Assembly (NCBI RefSeq): GCF_001194135.2
Contig: NC_068982.1
Location: 117,794,454-117,858,453 of the forward strand
Reading direction: 5' to 3'
DNA from: Octopus bimaculoides
Lineage: Eukaryota
Length of the DNA stretch: 64,000 nucleotides
The position numbers and the translations under genes are program-made. Below are positions 40,192-53,235 of the stretch, in pieces (position 1 is the stretch's first letter; every line of letters begins with the position of its first letter). The notes under the pieces were generated by a model. It ran no database searches. It saw only the letters and a list, made by a program, of their open reading frames with translations, and was not told the DNA's origin.

Positions 40192-40650
40192 CAGGCTTAC
40201 CATCTCTAGAAGAAGTGCACAAAATCGTGTTAACTGGAACGACTCATGCGCTGAGAAAAGCATTATCGCTGTGAAAACAACATCTATTCATGGATTTATT
40301 TATTATTAGTGTTTTTTAAAATACATATTTTACTTGTGAATTTGCGTGTGTAAATTGGGAATGCATACAATGAGCTTCTCTGTCCTAGGTGTACGGAAAA
40401 CACTCGGCAAGAAATGCAAGAAAAGTTGAAGAAGAAAAAAACGTAATAATAATAACAACAATAATAATAATAACTTCGAATAATACCTTAGAAATGAGAA
40501 CCCAGTTTTGAAATTTTCCCAAGACACCTGATGAAACCTGGAGGATATATCAGCCGAAACGGTGCGTTAACAACAAGATGAGGACAAATGTCCGTCAAAT
40601 GTTAGCAATGTAAATAACGTACATAATTCTTCATCTCTTTAATATACAAC
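40030..40650 (+). mobile_element. tRNA-headed SINE family C: A/B boxes, (AAT)n linker, HHR-bearing 3' part (about 250 bp of unrelated sequence inside, or two partial copies)
   Basis: A box tggcgtagtgg 40030-40040, B box gagtccgattcc 40073-40084. The tail at 40440-40650 is homologous to the inverted copy. Confidence 0.8.
40521..40570 (+). ncRNA. degenerate type I hammerhead ribozyme
   Basis: gacac-CTGATGA(40528-34)-a-acctg-loop-cagc-c-GAAAC(40556-60)-ggt-gcgtt. The sister copy keeps stem II as ggctg/cagcc. Confidence 0.6.
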
Positions 40651-41337
40651 TGTATTATTTACAGTCCCATCTTTAATGTGAATTTCCAAAGAATGCAAGT
40701 AACACAATATCTAACATGTATATAGGGGACACAAAATGATGTAATATTGCGGAAATCATATGTTAATAAGAGAGATTGATGTTGAAAAGATATCCTACAA
40801 AGAATGATAAAAAGATAAGTGAAATAATGGACGTCCACACATAGGTTCAACTTCAGAAGCATTAAAACGGAAAATAACGAAAGTCTCTAATTATATCTGA
40901 GATTTGAACGGAATTATATTAATTTATTGTCAAACGGAAGCAAAATGAGTGCCAAAAACATTTGAAAAAGAGATTGGAAAATAGGATCTATGTTACACAA
41001 ATATATTCCTTACGTAAAACGACCATTAATCTGTTGATATGTTACAAAAAACATCTGAAGTTGACGAAAATAGAAGAAATTTGTTGAAGTTTTAAAGATA
41101 CAATGAGCATTATGACTACTAAATTTTGAATAGCACATACCTTCGTCAACAACTGGTGCATTTTCCTTCATTAATATTCATTCACACATGAACAGTTACT
41201 ATCAAATTTGCGAATGATTATATGCGTGTGTCTCTCTCTACATGTAATAAATATATGTGTACGCAAACAAAAAATACACACAACCATACACATACATACA
41301 CACATATACACATGCATATGTGCGTGTACGTGTGTGC

Positions 41338-41377
<40 letters not shown>

Positions 41378-41540
41378 GAATTCACCCTATATATATATNN
41401 NNNNNNNNNNNNNNNNNNNNNNNNNNNNNNNNNNNNNNNNNNNNNNNNNNNNNNNNNNNNNNNNNNNNNNNNNNNNNNNNNNNNNNNNNNNNNNNNNNNN
41501 NNNNNNNNNNNNNNNNNNNNNNNNNNNNNNNNNNNNNNNN

Positions 41541-41576
<36 letters not shown>

Positions 41577-41879
41577 TGTATGTATGTATGTATGTATGTA
41601 TATAATTTAGGTTTTACAAACGGTAGTGCATTCAATAGCTAAAACGACTGGAATTTGAAAAAATCTATCGCTTTTCAGCATTACACGTTAGGTGCTATCG
41701 ATAAAACCAAAAGCATTTCCCGCTAAAAATATCGTGCGAGAAAATGTGGAAGACAATGTCATGAATAATCAGCTACTTCCAAATGGGTTCGCATGTAGTA
41801 GAACGCACGTGTATGCGTTTGAGTGTATTTGTTATATAGTTTTAACTGTGGAATATATGTGTATATTCATTATATGCAT

Positions 41880-42760
41880 GCAGTTTTGCTTGTTTATATA
41901 TTTTGACTTGTAGTAATTGGTAGATGACTTGATGTTGTGATGGGACAAATATTATTTATTTATATAGTGTCCATGTAACTCTTCTTAACACACGTAACAG
42001 ATTTTATCGTTTAAGATGTTTCATTCATAATTAATTTCAACAGTAGCATCGTATTACCTTTTGCTGTTTCGCTGTGGTACACTTGCAATTCGGTAACCTG
42101 TTGCTCAAATAACTTCTATCTTAAAAGGGAATTTGTTATCTGTTTTTCTTCACTATGGCTTTCACTAAATTAATCAAAATAACTCTTCTATTTTCCTCTC
42201 CATCTTTCTCAAATCCTACCTCCCTCATTTATGTTCCCAGTCTTTTTAGACTGATTATTTAATTTCACTTTACTTTTGTTCTTTACCTTTAATCCTTGTT
42301 GACTTGCTAATTAACTGCGTTGATTATATTTCATTTTACAAAGAACTTTCTTGTTCATTCTTTGAAATTCTGTCTCCAGATCGTTTCCACGTGTGGTGTT
42401 ATATGATGTTTACTACATCATAAGGAAATTGCCAGTGGTATGTTAGTATACTTGTTTCTTTAAAACTTCGTTTTGATTTTTTAAAATTGTTTCTTTACTA
42501 TTGTAATTATTTGTTTCTATATCATGCGATATATCTCAGGAAGTTGAACTTCGTGAAGGCTTTGATGAATTTAGATTCATCTTAAGCAGCGCGGTGTTTT
42601 CGATCCATGTTGACTGTTTTCATTTCACACTGCTTGTCTCGCGTTTTCAGTCGCTAATTTCTGATTTCGTTTTCTGTCAACATCTGAAGAAAATTAAATC
42701 AGTAGGTGTATCTTGAATGTGTTTTGTTTTAAATGTTCGTCTCTCGAAATATCCCGTTTT
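41880..42760 (-). mobile_element. heavily decayed PLE RT remnant
   Basis: Weak matches to the LPKIHK, YDVVNLYT and SGTAMG..APTYATL regions. Confidence 0.3.
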
Positions 42761-42861
42761 CATTCTCTTGTACGAACTGGACACTGATTCAATCCTGCAG
42801 AAGCTAAATAATATGAGTTACATATTAATTTCAGTCTAGATTCTCTATCTAATATGAACTG

Positions 42862-42923
<62 letters not shown>

Positions 42924-44345
42924 AGCACGCATGCACACATACACATACACATATATATATTCCAAGAATTTGACAAAAACACAAACAACGGAAAATCCGT
43001 ATCTAATTCTTCGCTACTCAACAGTTTTCGCAATTTTAAAGATGACATTATTCACTTTTGGTGGTGCCAGCTACTGGGAATATTTCGCGAAGGTACAGTT
43101 CAGTGACGGAAACAACCATGGAATAAAATGAATCGCAAATATAGGCCATGCGGCTGCAAGGTGACCGGATGCCGAGTAACGCAAAGGAAGATGTCCTGTA
43201 GGATTCGAAACGAGAAAGTGACAGAGAGAAAGTCAGAACAAAAGTTGAAGTGAACAAACCGTGTAAAAAAAAAATAGTGTAGCAGACAGTGGCGTTACTG
43301 ACTGAGTGAACGGTGAGGCAAAAGAGGAAGTGGACGAGAAAGATGTGAATGGCCACAGTTACGTGATAGTGGGAGGAGAGAGAAAGAGTGGTCGATGGCA
43401 GAGGAACAGAAGCAACGCAGAAGTAACTATTGGAGATGTAAAGAGTGAGGAAGGCAAAGAAGGGACAAAGAAAGGGAGAGGAGACAAATATATATCGCAC
43501 CAAAGACAAATAGTTATGGCAACTTGCGGATTTTCTGCATTCTCGGAAGTCATAGCTATGGCCGTTGTGACTTCTGCATTATTGTTTGCTCTACACATAA
43601 CCCGTTATATTCCTCTGTCACATTATGTTCCATACATTTAATTTATACAAGTACTAGAATATTGTAACCGTTAGAAAGTAACAGAATGCATATAGAACGG
43701 TAGAAGAGATATTTGGTACATTCCACGACTTCATTGTTGTCTAAATGAGAAATAATGAAGGAGTACGCAACATCTTACACTTTTGGCTCGTTGTGTTTGC
43801 TGCTCTCAATTAGTCATTGACCACTATAGATATCATAATGTATCCTTATAAACAAATGACAGTTTAAAGTAACACCAACATACATTCTTTCAGAATTATC
43901 TGCAATAAAATAGTTTTTGTTCCTTTACAGTCAAAGTTATATGGTCTTTTTTTGTATATAAAAAAAAATAACAAGAATAATGCATTTGTAGACATATGTT
44001 GTTTTGCATAATAGACTTGAATTGATAGCATTCAATATGTCCGTCATATCCGGAGCCATAATCGATAAACAGTATTTATTTATAGAATTACAACGAAAAA
44101 AAGACATATGAGGAATGCCTTTTACATATTCTTATTTGACATTATATTTAAGTGAATATGCGATTAAATATAAACTATGAGAAAATGTACGTGGTGTTTT
44201 TCAAAACAATCACTGTGATGCTAGAATAGTTCTTCACGTTATACACATGCACTAAATGAGCATGACTATATTCGGTGCATACAATTGCATTTATTGTATA
44301 TATATAACTTTTCCCTATACCGTAACGTCAATAAATATATATATA

Positions 44346-44396
<51 letters not shown>

Positions 44397-45649
44397 NNNN
44401 NNNNNNNNNNNNNNNNNNNNNNNNNNNNNNNNNNNNNNNNNNNNNNNNNNNNNNNNNNNNNNNNNNNNNNNNNNNNNNNNNNNNNNNNNNNNNNNNNNNN
44501 NNNNNNNNNNNNNNNNNNNNNNNNNNNNNNNNNNNNNNNNNNNNNNNNNNNNNNNNNNNNNNNNNNNNNNNNNNNNNNNNNNNNNNNNNNNNNNNNNNNN
44601 NNNNNNNNNNNNNNNNNNNNNNNNNNNNNNNNNNNNNNNNNNNNNNNNNNNNNNNNNNNNNNNNNNNNNNNNNNNNNNNNNNNNNNNNNNNNNNNNNNNN
44701 NNNNNNNNNNNNNNNNNNNNNNNNNNNNNNNNNNNNNNNNNNNNNNNNNNNNNNNNNNNNNNNNNNNNNNNNNNNNNNNNNNNNNNNNNNNNNNNNNNNN
44801 NNNNNNNNNNNNNNNNNNNNNNNNNNNNNNNNNNNNNNNNNNNNNNNNNNNNNNNNNNNNNNNNNNNNNNNNNNNNNNNNNNNNNNNNNNNNNNNNNNNN
44901 NNNNNNNNNNNNNNNNNNNNNNNNNNNNNNNNNNNNNNNNNNNNNNNNNNNNNNNNNNNNNNNNNNNNNNNNNNNNNNNNNNNNNNNNNNNNNNNNNNNN
45001 NNNNNNNNNNNNNNNNNNNNNNNNNNNNNNNNNNNNNNNNNNNNNNNNNNNNNNNNNNNNNNNNNNNNNNNNNNNNNNNNNNNNNNNNNNNNNNNNNNNN
45101 NNNNNNNNNNNNNNNNNNNNNNNNNNNNNNNNNNNNNNNNNNNNNNNNNNNNNNNNNNNNNNNNNNNNNNNNNNNNNNNNNNNNNNNNNNNNNNNNNNNN
45201 NNNNNNNNNNNNNNNNNNNNNNNNNNNNNNNNNNNNNATATATATATATATATATATACGCACATATATATATGCATAAATAAAAGACAAAATAGAGTGG
45301 AAAAACTACAGAAAGTTTGTGCTATATGGTTAAACAATATATTTAAATCATTATGTTTGAAAAATGTTAAAAAGATTTTGCGTATATTAACATTGTTTTG
45401 GGAGAAGTAACCAGTTTCGTGTTTTCTTTTCAAATTTCTCAAATTTCTTTACCTATATTGTGTCATGTCTTTGTTATGTTGTGAAATATATAGTTCCAGA
45501 CAGGAGAAGGTAACTAGGGAGTTAATCGAAAATGTTGTGAATGACTAGGTTTTATTAATTTAACAGGATTTGGTTTAGAATGTTACAAGTGTTTAGGTTT
45601 TGCTTTATATTTTTTTCAAGAGGTGAGTTTCCTTATTTAGAAATGTTAG

Positions 45650-46999
45650 AAATAGATACGTTTTGGCTTATATTTTTCAATGAAGAAAGTTCACTTATTT
45701 AATCTAACTTATGTTTGTGTTCCAATGGCACATTGATAGAATGGAAAGATTACAAATTGTGGTAGCAGTTGCTTTACGCATTTCTCAATATGTTCAATAA
45801 ATGGTATCATTCTGTATTCTGGGAATGCAATCCGCTGTCGGTGCAGAGTGCATCGTCGTCTGAGGGATAATCTTGTGGAACCTATGTAGTTTTGGTGGCA
45901 GACAGAGCATCTTATAGCATAAATCAGGTTTTCTGAATCACAAATAAAATCAGATGTAATTCTGAACTTTTGTCCCTCTTTGAAAAGGAATTCCGATACT
46001 TCTAGAAGATTTGGGCTTGTTGCGCAATTTGGTCGACTACATTTTTCCATTTTTGCGTCCGTTATTTTAGAAAATAATTTTGTCTTTGTGAGGATTATTT
46101 TTAGTGATTTCGGTTGTTTTTGGCTTTTAATGATCTTATGTGTGTGTAAAATTTCCTTTCATTTGGGGTCCTTATATAGCATTGGTAAATTTTGGGTGAT
46201 GGTGGTGAAGGTTTCTTTGTTTCTGGTGTTGTATGTGAATATGTACGGAGTATTTTCGGGGAAGGTGTGATGCTGTGTTGAACTTTTCTTAAGATTTCTT
46301 TGTTGCACTTCTGATTTCATCCTCTATGTGTTGAAATGGGTAGTGTCTGTCAATTAGGGTATCTTTTAGTTCTTGCAGTCTAAAGTTTCTGGTATTTTTT
46401 TCTGACACTGTTGTGCATATCCTTGGTGTGTCTTGGGTGGCAGGAATTAAATAGTAGATATTGTATGGCGTCTGTGGTTTTGTAAAATATGTCCTTTCTA
46501 TTTTTAGGTTTTATTTTTTTAATTAGTATGTCAAAGAATAGGAGCTCCTTTCGGTTTTACTCCATTGTAAACAGTATGTTTGTGTTGACGCTGTTCAATA
46601 GTCTTTTGAATTTCAAGAGTTTGTGTTTTCATTCCAGTGTATGAGACAGTCGTCTAGGAATATTTTCCAATTTTCTGTTATGTATTGGGAAAGAGGGGTT
46701 CTAATGGTAGATAAAGATTCCTGGTATATTGTTATTTCCAGATAGCCCATTGCTAGGTTCCCAATGACTAGGGCTGCCCTAGTGCCCATAGCAATTCCGG
46801 ATTTTTGTTGATAACATTTATATACTAGTATGCATCATAATTATGGGCTAGAAGTAATTCAGTTCTCACTGCACCAATTAACGGAAGAAATACCAGGAAG
46901 AATCAGCAAAGAATTCATATTTGAATCAGCTGAACTTATTCTACGAAACAACAACTTCATGTTTGACAATACGCTTATCGATAAAAATCCGAAATTGCT
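45650..46999 (-). mobile_element. PLE (RT core to GIY-YIG) with an inverted 5' segment (46818-46999 on +)
   Basis: Minus strand: QQKSGIAMGTRAA..GNLAMGYLE, WKIFLDDCLI, CSRPNCATS..NLIYAIRCSVCHQNYIGST. Plus strand: LYTSMHHNYGLEVI...ELILRNNNFMFDN. Confidence 0.9.
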
Positions 47000-47762
47000 G
47001 TTTTAGCGAGATGAAATAATATAGTGATACAAATTGAAACAAGAGCTTCAGTTTAAATTTCACTAACCTGCCTGTGGAAAACTCAACTATTTCATCAAAT
47101 ATTTCAAGAAGTAAAATGCTCTACATTTTCTACATTTTTGTGTGTATATGTGTATATCATAAGGCAGTTGATTTGTGTTTTCTGGTGACATTTCCTTTTG
47201 AATTGCCAATTTCAGTGTTAGCACTTATTAAAATTAAACATTTCAACATAGAAAATTTTGTTTGCAGCCTTGTATTTTAAACACCTTCCATTACTTTAAT
47301 GTCTTTACATTGCTCTCAATAGTTCTGCAATGGAATATATTTATACCTGAAACATATTGACGTAGTGCGCTGAAATGAGCAAGTTTGAACTGACTCTAGC
47401 TTTAAACATAAAAAAAGAACCTCTAACAGCGCTTTTATTTCAGAGTGGGGGATACAATCCAAACCTCCTATTATCTATATTTTTATTGTGAATTTTCTCA
47501 TTATTTTCTCAAAAAACTTTAAACGATTCCCCTAAAGATATGGCAATTGAAAAAGAAGAAAATAAAATTCCTCTTCCCCAAAGGATAAACGACAAGACAA
47601 AACATGAAAGCACAATATGAAACCAAAATAATTAACTGCCATTAAGTTATTCCATTCATATTTTAATTCCAGTTTACGCAATAGCTTTTGGCTATGTTGT
47701 TATTGCTTGAAGGAAACGCATATGTATGAAAGTATGAATATATGTATATATGTGTGTGTGCA

Positions 47763-47830
<68 letters not shown>

Positions 47831-48983
47831 TATAAACACACACACATACTCACACCTATATTCGATGTACATACACACACACATAAGCACACATATATTA
47901 TATATTATATCAGAATTAATACATATTAGAACCAATATTAACAGAAATGGGAAGCGTGATATGAATCGTACCTGTACCACATTGGTAATCTTCTCGCATG
48001 AAGTGACATTTTAGGAAAAAGTCATGATTTAATAAGCAAAACAAAAGAAAATTAAACAGAAAATATAAGAAATAACTCCATGACAAGGTGTTGTTAAAAG
48101 AACTGTTTCACAAAAGATTACAGAATGCAGATACTCTTAGCGTTCTGTGTCCTTTGTATCAAAGCGAATCGTGGAAAACTCTTTTACTGCTCAAGTGAGC
48201 CGCTATAGCAGTCACTCTAGGCTGTCCTATAATTCCAATCACTTCTTAAAGCTAATGTCAAGTTCATTCAAGTTAATGTATTTTCTCCTTTTTTTCCCCC
48301 CATTTTCTTTGTTTTTAAGTAATGTGTTAAGATTTTTCCTGTCTTGAATCATTACACGAAATGCGACACAAAAGCATTTTTTTTTTACATTTATCGCAAC
48401 AAATATGACTTTGAATAACATTTCTTTTATGATTTTATTTTATCTGGACTCTATTTTAATATTGCAATGCATGAAGTCTCACTCTATCTGATTACTTTGA
48501 AACCAAATTCAAACTAAACGAAGGAAAAAAATGTATTTAAAAAAATCAACTTGTTATAATTGCGATAAATGAAATCTAATGGTTAACAGTAACGATGACT
48601 TTATCGTAACAATGCATTATTTATGCTTCAATAGTGAGTAATTTTTATGCCATCACATGCTTCCCTCAATAAATATAACACCATCATTCCAACCAGGAAA
48701 TTATTTTCTTACAATTACATTGATACTAAGTTTAATACCAATACAAACGATTATGCCTTGTATTAATGACAAATAAAATTTCATTGGTAAGATATATTCT
48801 CATAGAAAACTTTATCGTTGTTACCATCGGATCAACTGGATGTTGAAATTTGACAAAGTGTGTAAGTCCGAAAACGACTAGAGGAGGCTACTGTCCCAAA
48901 TCGAATGGGTTTGAGGTAACAAAAATACTATCGTTGTTGTTAAAACTGTTACTGCTCTTGTTGTTGTTGCTGCTGCTGCTGCT

Positions 48984-48993
48984 GCTACTACTG

Positions 48994-49059
<66 letters not shown>
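48984..49059. repeat. (CTA)n microsatellite
   Basis: Direct reading. Confidence 0.97.
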
Positions 49060-49060
<1 letters not shown>

Positions 49061-49729
49061 ATGGAGAAATAATGGTATGATTTTCTTAGAAATATAACAA
49101 ATACAACACAAGTTACTAATTTCGTTATATGATCAACAAGAAGATTAACTTTCGAATATGTATATATTACTATAGCTTCGGTTTCACCAATACCACATGA
49201 GTATGTTTTCGTACGCAGAATCTGCTCGGAAGCACATCGATTAATATTACTATGGGATAATTATTTGTTAGTAATTAATCGATTTAATAACAGATAATTA
49301 TCACCTTATGGATTTGCTGTTTGATGGGTAGAAATATTTCCGCCTAGAGCTATTTTTTCCTTGTATTTTATTTGGAATTCTGTAGGGTATTTATTTTTGT
49401 TAGGTTTTCTGACAGAATTATCAGTAAACATTGCTTGAAAAACCTTACAGTTTATGCGAATGATTTTTCTGTTAAATTGGATGGCTGAATTTGCTTGATG
49501 TAGACAAACGTCTATACGTTGGAACTGAAATCTAAGTGCAAAAATTTGGCACGTTATGTCGGAAGTAGGTCCTTATAATGGGTAAAAAATATGGAGTGAA
49601 TGTTCCTCTGTTTTTGCATTATTGGTGTATATCTTTCGATGTTATGACGTCTAAATAAGCAAAAGATATATACATATATGGGTATGTATGTGTGTGTATA
49701 TATATATATATATACACACACATACATCG

Positions 49730-50066
49730 CTACCAGAGTCGTTGACATTGGATAGCACAGTGTTGTGCTTGAAAAACATCGAAATAGGCAATACGGAAGA
49801 CAATTACAAGCCGATATCCCGCCTGCCACTTATGTGGAAATTATTGACTGGAATACTCGCAGATTCAATGTACAAACATCCAGAAAAAAATGGAGTCCTG
49901 CCACATGAGCAGAAGGGTTACAAGTGTAAATGCAGAGGTACCAAGGATTGAATCCTGATAGACAAAACTCTACTTAGAGACAGCAAGAAGAGGAAAAGTA
50001 ACTTAGCCATGTCATGAATCGAGTATCGTAAGGCGTACGATATGATCCCACACTTTTGGATAATGG
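49730..50066 (+). mobile_element. Dong/R4-like LINE RT fragment
   Basis: [19 protein letters not shown]...LPHEQKG...RGTKD*ILID...IEYRKAYDMIPH. Confidence 0.88.
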
Positions 50067-50494
50067 ATTATTATTAGTATTGTTATTGCATTTGCACAAC
50101 TTCTAACGCTGGAGATGTACTACGGTGTCAGCTTTTCACTACCAGTGAACTAAGCTAACAACTCTTATTCTTTGAACACCTTCGTGCCGTTCCAAGCAGT
50201 GTTTTCTGCAAGTGCTCCGCCCTTATTGAAGCCCCTATTTGTTACATGTACTTCTTGAGATTTTTACTCACTGTTCCCAGGGCTCCGAGAATTATTGGTG
50301 CCACTACCACCTCTTTCATCGTCCACAACTGCTTTACCTCCAAAGCTAACCTGTCATACTTTCCTTTTATCCTTATCGCATACCTTGTTGTCAGGTGGGC
50401 ATGCTATATGTATGATCCAGCATAGTTTGTCTTCTTTCTCAATTAAAACTATGTCTGGCTTCCTATTCTCTATCTTGTGGTCACACCGAATGAG
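50067..50494 (-). mobile_element. Dong/R4-like LINE 3' end (restriction-like endonuclease, 3' UTR, AAT tail)
   Basis: CDHKIENRKPDIVL...IHIACPPD...KYDRLALEVKQLW..VVVAPIILGALG...LQKTLLGTAR. Confidence 0.9.

Positions 50495-50573
<79 letters not shown>
50495..50573. repeat. (ATT)n microsatellite
   Basis: Direct reading. Confidence 0.98.
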
Positions 50574-50574
<1 letters not shown>

Positions 50575-50664
50575 AAATACTAGTCTTGTTATTATTGTAC
50601 TGTATATAGTATTTTATTTTACTTTTATATCCCGCGTTTTAACACAATGTTCTACTGGTCCTTG

Positions 50665-51330
50665 TGTTTATTAAATGTCCTCATTAGAAGAGAGATAAGT
50701 TATTTTTTTACGAATATTTTTCATAAGAGCCGTTTTGATTGATCTAGTATGATTACGTTGAGAATGTATATAATTTAATTTGGAGTTCTGTTTCATGAAA
50801 GTTTCATTCAGACCAGTTGCTAAGTTACAGTTAACGTAACCGTAGTTAATCGAGTTATTTTCTTCCTCTATAGTGATAGAAAAGTCAAATCTTTTGAAGA
50901 ATTTATACAAGCGTTTCTTAAGTAATTCTAAGTGTCGCTTAGAAATATTTCTTACTATAAAAAGATCGTCATCATTGTATAGTACACTCCCAATTTTGCG
51001 AATTCATTATTTAGGTTATCTTATAGGTAGATTAATACACGGTCGGTCACCTGTGCGGAATCTGGTTCGCTCATTGTTAAATGAAAATAATTATGGACCT
51101 TTCTGGCCCATAATTTATTATCGAATTTGATAAGAGATTCACGGGCCGTGAGGATTACATTAATTTCATTCTTGCTAATCTCAGTGTGGTTTGTAGCAGA
51201 AATAAGGGCACTATTTATAACAGTAGTGTTAATTGAGGAGTAACAGTTTTCAATGTTTATCTGTAATAATCTGTGTTTGATTTTCTGTGTCAGTCGAAAG
51301 TTTCCCATTTGGAAAGCATGTAGCATGAAT
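50665..51330 (-). mobile_element. PLE RT fragment
   Basis: LLQINIENCYSSI...TEISKNEINVILTARESL..WARK..FHLTMSEPDSAQV..LYNDDDL...SITIE...NHTRSI (decayed FDIxxFYPSI, FDVTMG, LYRDD, SNHPP). Confidence 0.85.
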
Positions 51331-51399
51331 TGATTATCGCCGCTTTCACACTTTCTCCCTTTTCTTTTTCTTTTTACTTTATTTTTTTTTACTTTTTAA

Positions 51400-51760
51400 C
51401 TTTGATGAATTCCGTTATTCAAATTGATATAGTTAATTACTTACATTGATAACTATTATTATCTTTGTGGTGCCAATCACGCCAACAGAAACAGCTTTTT
51501 TTTTGGTTCTTTACTTTTCCGCTCTGATGAAGTTCCGCTATTCAAATTGGTATAATTATTTACTTACAATGATCACTAAAATTATTATTGTGGTGGTTAA
51601 GCCTGGCAATAGCGCCAACAGAAAGATGAGATTCTGTCTTTTTGAAATTAATTGATAAATGATAAATCAAATTTTCTACTTTAATTTTATCTCCATTTTC
51701 TATTTTCTATTTTCTTTGAATATTGATGAACTCCCGTTTATTCTCGCCATTACCTGTTAT
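51400..51760 (+). repeat. two full and one partial about 120-nt units starting (c/t)tgatgaa
   Basis: Shared blocks tgatgaa.ttccg.tattcaaattg.tata, tacttaca.tgat and cgccaacagaaa. Confidence 0.8.
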
Positions 51761-51939
51761 TTATGTGCTTTAATACCAACGCTCATGATCAAATATGGGT
51801 AATACACCAGTTGATGCATTGGATACAAGTATCCTTTAGACGGTTGATATAACCTGTAACTTAACTTACCTATACTATACGTTATTTAGATGTTATTACT
51901 ATAGTAACTACATAAATAAGACATTGAACTGAAATGAAC

Positions 51940-53235
51940 ACTACTGGTAAAATGGAGAATATACAAATTAACACACCTCTGAAGGACATACCTATCCCTC
52001 CTAAAAAACGTCTATCGTAAGGTATTAATATAAAAAAATTACTGAGTTCAACTACCGAGTACATTGGAGAGCACTACGACTGGAAGCATGGACCGCTTGT
52101 CCTTCAAACCCCTACCAACACCATAGATGATAAGGATGTTACCTCTGGAATTTTCAGAACTGGAAGGACACCACTACCAAACAGCCATCTTGATGCACTC
52201 GAACAAGAGATAGCTGATCTTGTAGACCTTATATAGTAGATGTCCTTAAACAAATAATAAAAGCTAACATAGGTAGTACACATTAAAAATGGACATGATA
52301 TGGATACAATAAGAAAACAATTATGCAAAATATCTAACCAACTAGGCCAAGGAACTACAATTAGAGCAGACCTTAAAGGAGTCAACTTCTTAGACATTAA
52401 CATGAACCTTAACACATGAAATTTTAAACCCTACCATAATGAAAACGAGGAAGCATCGTACAGACACAGGTTCCACCCACCCACCAGCAATAATTAAACA
52501 AATAGTTAACAATATTATCAGGCTGGTCTCCAATTTATCCGTCGACAAAGACACATTTGAAAAAAAACCCACCCCATATTATAATGCTGCATTAGAAAGG
52601 TCCAGCTTGAAGAATAGCATACATTACATTCGACCGAACACAAATAGACAAAGAAGACGCAGAGGGAAAAAAATCCTATGGTTCTGTCTGCCTTATGGCA
52701 TGAATGTAGCTAGTAACATAGCTAAGAAATTCTTAAGACTAATAGACAAAGACTTCCCACATTCTAACAAATACCACACAATCTTTAACAGAACCATTGT
52801 TAAAATTAGTTGCGTCCCCAAAAATACTTAATCACACTAAATATAAACACATCAGAAATACCTCAGAAGGTCCGAACAGCTTCAGGTCTTCAAACTGTTT
52901 CCCTCTAAACAACAACTGTCCCGAGAAAGAACCCGTCTACAAAGCTAAGGTGACGGACCACAACGGCATACCTAAGAAGTATTTCGGAATGACAGGAAAC
53001 TCGCTCAAAGAAAAGTATACGCATTACCTCTGCGTCATTCAGAAGCAAAGACAAAAAAATGTGCAACATCCCTATCAAATATAATATTTGTTTGTTATAT
53101 ATATATATTTATTTATTATCAAATATATTGACATCGAAAGACGATGAGATAAGCAACCCCCAGATACAATGGAAAATCATTGCCAAAAACAAAAAAATAC
53201 AGAGGACGGGGAGCCCTTTTCTTCAGTGTAAGGAG
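51940..53235 (+). mobile_element. decayed, internally deleted PLE (ORF N-terminus, RT, linker, GIY-YIG)
   Basis: PLKDIPIPP; VNFLDINMNL; THPPAIIKQ; RRRGKKILWFCLPY; FPHSNKYHTIFNR; CFPLNNNC..VYKAKV..KYFGMTGNSLKE. Confidence 0.9.

Noticed and set aside
43060-43520. Purine-rich block with overlapping ORFs, LTR-like
   Set aside because: No defined termini, TSD or second copy in the window.
44256-45442. Long ORFs of 300-380 aa in the ORF track
   Set aside because: They are almost entirely N gap plus dinucleotide repeats. The same applies to ORFs at 17276-17888, 23851-24279, 41222-41642 and 57797-58796.
46767-46783. Perfect 8-bp palindrome actagggc-t-gccctagt
   Set aside because: It lies inside the PLE RT coding remnant and is short enough to arise by chance.
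48850-49111. Poly-L/V/T/S/I/Y ORFs (also 50295-50674, 62366-62821, 63702-63914)
   Set aside because: Translations of trinucleotide microsatellites.
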